NCBI RefSeq assembly: GCF_046291265.1
Contig: NZ_JBKBTV010000010.1
Location: forward strand, 19,199-83,198
Length of the DNA: 64,000 nt
Origin: Acidovorax sp.
Lineage (GTDB): Bacteria > Pseudomonadota > Gammaproteobacteria > Burkholderiales > Burkholderiaceae_C
Direction of reading: 5' to 3'
Both the position numbers and the translations under genes were made by a program. The stretch's first letter is position 1. Every line of letters starts with the position of its first letter. Shown piece by piece: positions 20,605-30,000 of this stretch. The notes beneath the pieces were generated by a model. It was not told the DNA's origin. It saw only the letters and a list, made by a program, of their open reading frames with translations, and made no database searches.

Positions 20605-21474
20605 ATGGGTATCAACCAAAGACAGTTTCTTTTCGGCAAGACGCTCACCACGTCGTGGCCCAGTGCCGCCCAGATTCAGCACTGGAACCAGGTTCTGCGC
20701 ACGCTGCGTGCACGGCTCGTCAACCGGGAGCTTTCGGGCAACCCGCAGCGGGATGAAGAAACGCCCTTTTCCCATTCCAAACCGGGGCCTGATTTCAGCG
20801 TGCGCGAATGTGTGGCGGCGCTGGATGAAATGCACATGGCCCTGCAACGCGAAACCGCGCAGCGGCAAGAACTGGAGCGCGCTTTTCACGGCGCCCAGAC
20901 CGCACTGCTGCAGGCCGAAACCGACCTGGACCGTGTGCGTGGGGGTGAGCGCCGCGCCCGCCATCTGGCCTTGCACGACGAACTGACCGCCCTGCCCAAC
21001 CGGCGCCACCTGCTGGAGCAACTGGGCGAGACACTCGCACACCGGGGCCACGACAGCCCGGGGCTTGCGGTGCTGTACCTCGACCTTGATGCCTTCAAGG
21101 CCGTGAACGACACCTACGGCCATGGCATAGGCGACAAGGTGCTGCGCATCACCGCGGCGCGGTTGCGCGGTGCCGTGCGCCAGGGCGACACCGTGGTGCG
21201 CCTGGGCGGTGATGAGTTTGTGTGCCTGCTGCACGATGTGGCAGAAGAGGTGCCGTTGCGCCAGCTGTGCAACAAGCTGCTGGACGTCGTGTCCACCCCC
21301 ATGAAAATTGGTGTTTTGCAACTGCTGGTGCGCCCCAGCATCGGCGTCGCCATCTGCCCAGACCACGGCACTACGGCGGACGAGTTGCTCGCCTGCGCTG
21401 ATGCAGCCATGTACGCAGCCAAACGCGACGGCTGCGGGTTTGCGTTTCACGAAGCTTCAAGCCCGCTCGACTGA
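20605..21474 (+). CDS. diguanylate cyclase (GGDEF) with coiled-coil N-terminus
   Basis: ORF track, 289 aa. The GGDEF motif is RLGGDEFVCLL, and the cyclase core begins HDELTALPNRR. Confidence 0.85.
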   Translation: MGINQRQFLFGKTLTTSWPSAAQIQHWNQVLRTLRARLVNRELSGNPQRDEETPFSHSKPGPDFSVRECVAALDEMHMALQRETAQRQELERAFHGAQTALLQAETDLDRVRGGERRARHLALHDELTALPNRRHLLEQLGETLAHRGHDSPGLAVLYLDLDAFKAVNDTYGHGIGDKVLRITAARLRGAVRQGDTVVRLGGDEFVCLLHDVAEEVPLRQLCNKLLDVVSTPMKIGVLQLLVRPSIGVAICPDHGTTADELLACADAAMYAAKRDGCGFAFHEASSPLD

Positions 21475-21584
21475 CGGAGGTTGCGCCCCGTGGGTACGGT
21501 TGCGCACAGACGACGCCTGTGCCATGTGGAACAGTGCAAAGACCGGTCCATTCCATGCCGTTTCCTTTTTTGAGGGCCTGCACG

Positions 21585-22262
21585 ATGACACTCCACCCCC
21601 GCTCCCGACACCTTTCGCGGATCCCTTTCAGTGCGATGGCAACGGCTGTTCTCGCTTCGGTGCTGTTGCTGCAAAGCTGTAAACGGGCGGAGATGGGTGC
21701 CAGCTGGACACCGGCCAGTGCATCGCCCTCGGCCTATCTGGAAGACAGCGTGCTGACCTCGCGGGTCAAGGCGGCGCTTTTGCTGTCGCCGGTGTCTCAC
21801 AGCATCAACATCGGTGTGGAGTCGCACCAAGGTGTGGTGCTGCTCAGCGGCATGGTGGCCAACCAGACACAGCTGGATCTGGCCCTATTCGTCGCTCAGA
21901 ACGTGCCCGGCGTAGACAAAGTGGACAGTTTTCTGTTTTTCGTCAAAACGCCTCCCACCATCGTCAGCCGCACCCACCAACTCAGCGGCACTGGCGCCAC
22001 CGGCGCTGTCAGCGACACACCCGCCGCCGCGGCGCTGCTGCAGCGCCAACGTGTGGTTGACGGCGCAGCTGCTGCCCCAGCAACCTTGGCAATCACAGGC
22101 GGTGGCCGCCGAAGCCTCGGCAGACACAGGCCCTCTGCAAACTGCCGAACGCAGCTCTTCCATTCGCAGGTGGGTGAGACTGAGCTATGGGGTGTTGGGG
22201 ATCAGCAGCATCCACGACGAACTTCAAATCAAGCCCTAGGAGTGGCGTGGGAAGCTGGCTAG
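21585..22262 (+). CDS. BON domain lipoprotein (3' part probably frameshifted, see findings)
   Basis: Track ORF is 21519..22262. ATG 21585 gives MTLHPRSRHLSRIPFSAMATAVLASVLLLQSC with a lipobox. The BON domain reads YLEDSVLTSRVKAALLL...GVVLLSGMV...VPGVDKV. After about 22045 the codon bias moves to the +1 frame, which ends at 22239. Confidence 0.55.
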   Translation: MTLHPRSRHLSRIPFSAMATAVLASVLLLQSCKRAEMGASWTPASASPSAYLEDSVLTSRVKAALLLSPVSHSINIGVESHQGVVLLSGMVANQTQLDLALFVAQNVPGVDKVDSFLFFVKTPPTIVSRTHQLSGTGATGAVSDTPAAAALLQRQRVVDGAAAAPATLAITGGGRRSLGRHRPSANCRTQLFHSQVGETELWGVGDQQHPRRTSNQALGVAWEAG

Positions 22263-22314
22263 CAGCGGCGCTGCTGCGCTTTCAACGGCTCCGCCAAGGC
22301 TCGCAGCAAGCCGC

Positions 22315-23016
22315 TCAGCTGCGGGCTTTCATCAAGCGGCTGTAGATGGTTTTGTCGGCGACATAACAGCTGCAGGCCTGCGCCTCCAATGCCGCCCGGT
22401 CGAGCACCGTCAGTTCGCCGCGGTGGTAGGCAATGAGGCCACTGTCCTGAAAATGGCTGGCCGCTTCCGTCACGCCCACGCGGCGCACGCCCAGCATCAA
22501 GGCCATGAACTCTTGGGTGACGTGAAAGCTCTTGGTGCGCGAACGGTCTTCGCTCATCAACAACCAGCGCGCCAGGCGCGGCGCAATGGCGTGGTAGCGC
22601 TGGCACGCCGAGGCCAGGGTCTGCTGGTGCAACCGCACCAGCAGGGAGGCTTGCAGCAAGGTCTTCAGCGCAGGCAGGGCATCGCTCTGCGCGCGCAACG
22701 CTGCGGCACTGATGCGCCAGCTGGAGCCAGCGCCTTGCACCAGCGCTCGCCAGGGCGTGGCCGCCGTTCCCAGAATCAGTTCGGAACCCAGCATGGACTC
22801 GACCCCCAACATGCCCACTTCGAGGGGCGGATGGGTGTCTACATCGACCACCAGCGACAAGAAACCTTCATTGGGGAAGTGCGCGTGCGCCAGTGGCTCA
22901 CCCCGTGCGCTCAGTTCAGCCGACAGGATCAGCTCAAAGGGCTCGCAGTGATCCAAAAACTGCCTGCGCGCAGCAGGCGGTAACAAATGGATGATTTTGT
23001 TTTCAGGACGGGGCAT
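22315..23016 (-). CDS. Crp/Fnr family transcriptional regulator (paralogue 2)
   Basis: ORF track, 233 aa with an ATG at 23016. It has a cNMP-binding-like N-terminal domain and a C-terminal HTH (QEFMALMLGVRRVGVTEAASHFQDSGLI), and ends with a CSCY motif. Confidence 0.85.
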   Translation of the reverse strand: MPRPENKIIHLLPPAARRQFLDHCEPFELILSAELSARGEPLAHAHFPNEGFLSLVVDVDTHPPLEVGMLGVESMLGSELILGTAATPWRALVQGAGSSWRISAAALRAQSDALPALKTLLQASLLVRLHQQTLASACQRYHAIAPRLARWLLMSEDRSRTKSFHVTQEFMALMLGVRRVGVTEAASHFQDSGLIAYHRGELTVLDRAALEAQACSCYVADKTIYSRLMKARS

Positions 23017-23197
23017 CGGGGCGTTTCACTGGTCGACCAGCACCACTCAAAGAAGCAGTGTCATGGCGACTGCACCGGCGCTGGGGCGGAACAAGTCTGT
23101 GCCCAGTGTGGGCATGGCGCTGCACCTTGACTGTCTGCCAGCGCACACAAGCCCAACGGAAGGACTGCAGGCAGCCCATGGCCGCCACCCCACAGCC

Positions 23198-23251
23198 AAC
23201 TCGCCTAACTCGCCTAACTCGCCTAACTCGCCTAACTCGACTAACTCGCGG
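23198..23251. repeat. 9-bp tandem repeat, 4 perfect units (AACTCGCCT) plus 2 variant units
   Basis: Read directly: aactcgcct x4 (23198-23233), then aactcgact, then aactcgcgg. It overlaps the last codons and the TAG stop (23241-23243) of the upstream Crp gene. Confidence 0.95.
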
Positions 23252-23915
23252 TGCGTTTGGGCAGCAGCCGCTCGTACTCTTTTTTCACGACGTCGTAGCA
23301 CTCACAGGTGCGCGCTTCCAGCCCGGTCCGGTCTTTCACGTTGATGTGCCCGCGCGCGTAGCTGATGAGCCCTGCTTTTTGCAACTTGAGGGCCGCCTCG
23401 GTCACGCCCTCGCGGCGCACGCCCAGCATGTTGGCGATCAGCTCCTGGGTCATCACCAGCTGATTGCTCTGCAGCCTGTCCAGGCTGAGCAGCAGCCAGC
23501 GGCACAGTTGCTGGTCCAGAGAATGGTGGCGGTTGCACACAGCGGTCTGCGCCATCTGGGTGATCAGCGCCTGCGTGTAGCGCAGCAACAAATGCACCAC
23601 AGGCCCCGAGCGCTCAAACTCTGCCTTCATCACATCAGCGCGCATGCGGAACCCCGACCCAGCGCTTTGCACCACCGCCCGGCTGGGGGTAGAGCCTCCG
23701 CCCATGAAGATGGAGATGCCCACCAGCCCCTCAAATCCGACCACCGCGATCTCGGCCGAGGCCCCGTCTTCCAGCACATAGAGCAGTGACACGATGGCAT
23801 CGGTCGGAAAGTACACAAAGGGCATGGCCGCGCCCGACTCGTACAGCACCTGCCCCAGCGGCAGGTCCACCGGCTCCAGCTGAGGCAGCCAGCGCTGGAA
23901 TTCGGAGTCGGGCAA
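23241..23915 (-). CDS. Crp/Fnr family transcriptional regulator (paralogue 1); start codon unresolved
   Basis: ORF track, 224 aa, beginning at TTG 23915. The HTH is QELIANMLGVRREGVTEAALKLQKAGLI and there is a CECY motif. The conserved N-terminal motif QNQLLAALP is encoded upstream of that TTG in the same open frame, so a non-canonical start is possible (ATC at 23960). Confidence 0.8.
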   Translation of the reverse strand: MPDSEFQRWLPQLEPVDLPLGQVLYESGAAMPFVYFPTDAIVSLLYVLEDGASAEIAVVGFEGLVGISIFMGGGSTPSRAVVQSAGSGFRMRADVMKAEFERSGPVVHLLLRYTQALITQMAQTAVCNRHHSLDQQLCRWLLLSLDRLQSNQLVMTQELIANMLGVRREGVTEAALKLQKAGLISYARGHINVKDRTGLEARTCECYDVVKKEYERLLPKRTAS

Positions 23916-24077
23916 CGCAGCCAGTAGCTGATTCTGCAGAGGGGTGGCGGTCTTTTTGATGGCGGTACCTTGGGTCAGGCGGCGAGCACTCGCTGACAGT
24001 GCCGCCGCATTGCGCGTGGCGCCCAGTGTGCCAACGCAACGGCGGGTCGGTCTGTACGGTATCGCACATAACTGCTT

Positions 24078-27000
24078 TTACCTAACCACCCCTTCCAACA
24101 CGTTTTCAGCGAGCGGCACTGAAAAATCATCCGTGGGATGCAGCGGGATCACAAAACACGCATTGGTTTTCTCCTCCACCCAGCGCAGCCGCTGCCCCAC
24201 TGACAGCCATCGGGCGCCGGAGGGTACGGAATCGGGCAGATGGCGGCCGGCCTCCTGTGCGGCGGTCATGCGCACCAGAACGAAGCGCAAAGTGACGCCC
24301 GCCCGCAGCAGGCAGATTTCTGCACCCGGCCAATGGGAGGGGAGGCACGGGATAAAAAACAGATCGTGGGCGCTCATTTGCAAGCCCATGATCGACTCCA
24401 CGGCCGCCCGGTGCAGCCAACCCGCAGCCCCCGTGTACCAGCTCCAGCCACCGCGCCCTACATACGGCGGTTGGCTGTAGATGTCTGCCGCCATCACATA
24501 AGGCTCCACCCCATACAAGGGGCCCCACACGGGGTGCCGTGCACGGTGCGCCGGGCTCAGGTACGTGAAGTACCGGTAAGGCACATCACCGGCCCCTTCG
24601 CTGTCAGCACCATCAATGTCTCCCATCTCTGGCGATGCCTGCACCGCCAATGCGGCCGCGGCCATCAGTGCCCAGACACCGCCGTGGGCATATTGCCCGC
24701 CGTTCTCGCGCACGCCCGGTGGATACGCCTGGATATAGCCCGCACTGGGTTCGGCATGGCGCAAAGGGGGCGCCAGCAACTGGATGAGCCCGGAGTCGTG
24801 GTCCACAAGGTGTGCCTCGACCGCAGCCATCGCATGGTGCTGTTGCTCCACACTGGCCGCGCCCGAGAGCACCGACCAGGCCTGGGCGATCAGGTCGATA
24901 CGGCCCTCATCCCGGGTGTGTGTCCCCAGCGGCGTGCCGTCGTCAAAGTAGGCGCGCTTGAACCAGTCACCATCCCACGCCTGGGTGTCGAGGGCGGCGC
25001 GCCAGCCGGTCAACGCCGTGTGCCAGCGCTCCACCCGGGCCAGGTCGCCCCGTTGGCGGGCCAGCGCAATCCAGTCGGTGGCGATGGCGCACAGGAACCA
25101 CGCCAGCCACACCGACTCGCCGCGTCCGCCATCGCCCACGCGGTTCATGCCGTCGTTCCAGTCGCCGCCGCCCATCAGCGGCAGGCCATGGTCCCCCACG
25201 CGCAGGCTGTGGTCAATGGCGCGAGCGGCATGTTCGTACACGCTGGCGGTGGTGGTGCTGGCGTGGGGTGTCTCGTAGATATCTTCTGCGCCCTCTGGAA
25301 TGGCCGATCCTTCGAGAAAAGGCACCTGCTCGTTCAATAGCGCGCTGTCTGCCGTGCGCTGCAGGTAGTGCGCGCAGGCAAACGGCAGCCACAGCAGGTC
25401 GTCTGAAAAATGCGTGCGCACGCCCGCACCGCCCGGGCTGTGCCACCAGTGCTGTACGTCCCCCGCCTCGAACTGGCGCGATGCGCACAGCACGATCTGC
25501 GCCCGCAAGGCGCCAGGTTGCGCCCAACTGAGGGCCATGGTGTCCTGCAGTTGATCGCGGTAACCCGTGGCCCCCCCCGCCTGGTAAAAGCCCGCCTTGG
25601 CATACAGGCGCGACGCCACGGTCTGGTACAGCAACCAGCGGTTGACCATGGCATCAAACAGCGGATCGGGGGTGACAACATGCGTAGCGCCCAGCAGCGC
25701 ATTCCAGTGCGCTATCGAGGCCGCTGCGCGCGCGGTCGCCGCCACCGCTAGAGCGCTCCCCACCAGCTTGCGCGCTGCGCTCTCATTGGCTGCGTAGCCC
25801 ATCAGGTACACATGCTCAAACGACGCACCCGCACGCAGCGTCACCATGCGCGACAAGGCCGCGCACGGGTCCAGCCCAAACCCGCTGCGCTGCCCCATCT
25901 GCAGGGGCAGTACCAGGTCACCCCAGGCGTCAAAGAATTCGCGGCGGTCGCAAGTCCAGTCCAGGCTTTCATTGACCCGTTCATCCGCGCCCGGCCCGGC
26001 CGATGATTCGCAAAAGAAAGCCGTGCCCCCGCCAAACCCTGCAGCCTCTTCGGTCTGCGTGCACAACAGGCCCTGCAACCTGCCATCAGGCTGCGGCGCA
26101 AAACAGGGTGCGGTGGCCAGCGTGGCACGGTCACCGCGTTTTTCGCCCATCATCCACTCCACCATGCCGACCAGACGCAGGTGCGCGCGCCGCCCCCCCA
26201 GGTTGCGGGCCTGGACATGCACCTGTTTGACCGCGGTGACCGGATCCACACACCAGCGCACCACCACGTCCAGCGCGCCCCGGCGGTGGCTGATGGTGGT
26301 GGTGCCCTGCGCATGCGCCACGTGGTAGATGACATCACCAGCACCCCAGGCCGATGGCGCGAGGCTCCACACCTCGCGCGTGCGGCGGTCCTGCAGCAGC
26401 AGCCATTCGGCGGGCGGGTCGGCCACGGGGTCGTTGGACCACGCGGTGAGCTGGTTGAGCCGACTGTTCAGCGCCCAGGTGTTGCCTGCGCCGGTTTCGG
26501 ACAACTGCGTGCCCAGGTGGGGGTTGGCCAGCACGTTCACCCAGGGCCGGGGCGGGCGCAACCCGGTTCCCACATCAAAGCCGAACGTTGCGGTCACCGG
26601 TGCAAAGCTGCCCTCGGGTGCCAGCACACGGGTGCTGCTCTGGTGGGTGGGTACTTCGTCCGTGGCGCCGCCGCGCCAGGCGGTTGCCGTGGATGCGCCT
26701 TGCTCCGCGATCCATGCCTTGATCTGGTGCATCAAGGGGTGCCCATCCGCATGGAGCGTGATGCGCGCCAGGCTTGCCAACGTACTCAACTGGTTGACGG
26801 ACAGCTCGTCCATGCGCAGCACCCGCAAGCTGGTCACCGCGGGCCCCGTGCGGGTCAGCAGATCGGCGTCGTGGTGCTCGCGCAGCAAGGTCAGCTCGCG
26901 CTGCAGCGGCATGTGGTACGAGTGCGATTCGCTGCTGAGCACCACCATGTCACACGCCACGCCACCATGGGCCCATTCACGCAGCGCCTGGGCCATGGTG

Positions 27001-30000
27001 CGCAGCAGGCCCATGCCCTGGGGCGACCCCGCCATGACCAGTACCAGCGGCCGGTCGCCCGAGATGCCCAGCGGCCACAACACGCGCCGGTCGCACACCC
27101 GGTGTGGGGCCGCTTGCAGGGCCACCATGCCAACACCCTGCCCCTCCATCTTGGGCAGTGTCAGCACCAGCGCGGTGGTCAGCGCCTGCAATGCGGGCAG
27201 ATAGTCGCGGTGCGGCCGGTGCGATGCCCACTGAATGCTGGCCAGCGTGGCCGACATGGCCGAAGCCCGTTCGACATAGGTGCGTTGCCGGTATTTGTCG
27301 ATGATCGCTTCCAGCGTGGCGGGGTCTTGCGAGGCCGCCGTGGCAAACGTCACACAGGCCTGGGCGCCGGGTGCTATGCGCAGCATCACGCCCAGGGCGG
27401 CCACCGGGTCCAGCCCGGTGTCCAGGGTGGACGGCACCTCAGGCACCCGGCTGAGCAGGGCCAACGGCTGGGCGGGCGTGTGGTTGCGCCCCAGCCAAAG
27501 CTGCCGGTCCGTCTGGCAACGCAGACCCAGCACATGGCCCTCAACGTCGGCCACAAAATGGGCGGCCTGCAGCGTGGTTTCGGTCTGCAGGCGCGGCGTG
27601 CGCACAAACCGCAGCGCCTGTTGGGCGGGCAGCCATTCGGCTTTGACAAACAGGTTGGAAAACGCAGGGTGCGCTTCATCGGCGGCATGAGTGGCCAGCG
27701 TGACGTCCAGGGCGGAGATCAGCTCCAGCTCGATCACCGCGTCGCCCAGATTGCTCACCACCACCTTGCGCAGCTCGATGTCGTCTTCGGGGCTGACCCA
27801 CACCGTGGTGTGCGCCTTGAGCCCGGGCCACAGCGCGTCGAAACACACGCGGTCGGTGTGAAAAATGCTGTGGTACACCGCACGCTCGTCGGGCGCCGGG
27901 TGGCTGGTGATGGAGGCTGGCACGCTGGAGCCCGACTGCCGCACATACAAAAAACTGCCCTGCGCATCGCGCAGGGCATCGTCGCGCCAGCGGCTGATGC
28001 CCGTCTGGTGCCAGCGGCTCCAACCCGCGCCGTTGGCGCGCAGGGTGACGCTGTAGCGCCCGTTGCTGAGCAGGTGCGTGGGCTCCAGCGCCTGGGCGCC
28101 GGGCACCACGGGGCGCACGTGGTCGGGCGTCTTTTTCTGGCGCGTGTGCAGCGGCAGGCGTGGCGGCGTGACCAGCAGCGCAGGCAACTCGCGCGGGGCG
28201 CGTTCTTGCAGCAACGGCAGCATGGCCTCGATGCGGGCATGCGCCACACCCCAGCGCTGCGCTATTCCGCCCAGCAGCACGTTGGCCAGCGCCACAATGG
28301 TCATGCCCTGGTGGTGTGCCATGTAGGTGCTGACCAGCGTGTGTTTTTCGCCATGGGTCTGGCGCTCGGGCGTAAAGTCCAGCGCCTCATAAAAACCATA
28401 GCGCCCACGCGCCGACAGCGTGGTCAGCGCGCGAAAGTTGGCGCAGGCCGCGCCCACGTCAACCTGTGTGGCCAACGCAGTGGCATAGGGCGCGATCACC
28501 AGCTCGCCCACGGGCGCGCGGCGCAGTGCCAGGCGCGGCACGCCCTGCGGGGCGTACTGGTAGGCCAGCGTGTGATCCCGCCCCGCATAGGCACACTCAG
28601 AAATGCCCCAGGGAATGCTGCCGCCCAGCCCCATGTCCAATGCCGTGCGCTGCACAAAGGTTTCGTGCTCGCGCAGGGCGGACCGCCCCGCTTCGCTCAG
28701 CGCACTGTGGTGCGGTTCTGCCATCACCAGGGTCGGCATGAGGTACTCGAACATCGAGCCCGACCAGGACCGGAGCACCGCGTGAAAACCATTGGCAAAA
28801 AACGGCCTACCCAACGCGGCCCAGTGCCGCATCGGAACATCGCCCTTGGCCATGGCAAACAGGCTGGTGGTGCGCGACTCAGACGCCAGCAGGTCGTAAA
28901 ACGAGGTGTCGAGCTGTTGGTCCTCCAGCCGGTAACCAATGTGCAGAAGGTGCCGCTTGGGGTGGTACAAAAACCGGAAGTCCGCCTGCCAGGCCAGGGC
29001 ATCCAACGCCTCTGCCAAGGCCACTAGGCGTTTGCTCGCTGCTTCTGCACCCCCCAGTTGCACTGCCGTTGCGTCCCGGTCGGCCGAATGCAGCGTGGCC
29101 AGGTGGTCGGCCAGCAACCACAGCAGTTCGTCGTGTTCTGTCGGATGGGAGTGGACGATGGCCGGATGGCGGGGTACAGCCAGCAGGCGCAGTTCCTCCT
29201 GCGCTTGGCTTAGCAAAGTACGGAAGGCTGTCGTACCGGGCAGCGGCTCGCCGGTGGCCAAATCCGTGGCCGAATGTATGCCCAGCAAGCGGCTGAGTGC
29301 GACCTGGCGCGCCATGTCCACCCCGACACGCGGCAGCGCACGCAAGCGCGGTTGCAGCCTGGCCAGCGACGCTCGACGGGCCGTGGCACCCGCCTGCGGG
29401 TCGAGCGGGTGGAGGGCCAGAACACTGCACGCCTGCGCCACTGCCACCAAATGCGCACAGAGGTTGCCACTGTCCACCGTAGACACATAACGTGGGTGCA
29501 GCGGCAGCGCTGTCTCGGTGTCGTACCAGTTCAAAAAATGCCCACGGTGCCGCTCCATGGTGTGCAAGGTGGCCAACGTGGCCTCCAGGCGGTCGAGCAG
29601 TTCTTGTGTCCCGATCCAGCCAAACTGCCGCGCGCAGATGGTGCTGAGCAAATACAGTCCGATGTTGGTGGGCGAGGTGCGGCGCGCCAGCATCTCGTAG
29701 GGCACGGTTTGCAGGTTGTCGGGTGGCAGGTGGTGGTTTTGCGCGTCCACACTGCGCTCGAACAACCTCCACGTGTCGCGTGCCACACCTTCCAGCAGCA
29801 GGCGGTCTTCCGTTGTCAGCGGCTGTGCGCTGGGCACGGGCCGGGCGATGTTCGCGCACCACACCAGCAACGGGGCCAGGGCCCAGAGCACCAACACCGG
29901 CAAGGCCGCGGTGAGCAGGCCATCGGAGCCTGCGCCCTGGTTCAGACTCAGGCCCCAAAGCGCCACCGCACAGCCCATGGCAAACACCGGTGCAAACAAA

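Noticed and set aside
23198-23251. Could the short tandem repeat be a CRISPR array?
   Set aside because: The units are 9 bp and directly abutting, with no spacers. No cas genes are present. It is a simple minisatellite.
23916-24080. The ndvB stop codon and the downstream Crp gene are in the same frame with no intervening stop. Could this be a read-through fusion?
   Set aside because: In a genome of about two-thirds G+C, 54 stop-free codons are common by chance. There is no recoding signal that I can see, and a glucan synthase-Crp fusion has no functional logic. I kept only the start-codon problem as a finding.
26181-29027. Very long ORFs antisense to real genes. Examples are 26181..29027(+) and 29274..31559(+) opposite ndvB, 629..1831(-) opposite the Fe-ADH gene, 44626..46455(+) opposite the FadB-like gene, 54455..56158(+) opposite the esterase gene, and 7469..9457(+) and 11795..13762(+).
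   Set aside because: These are shadow ORFs typical of high-GC genomes. Their translations are Arg/Gly/His/Ala-rich with no recognisable motifs. Codon position 3 of the opposite-strand gene carries the GC bias. Each overlaps a gene with clear family signatures.
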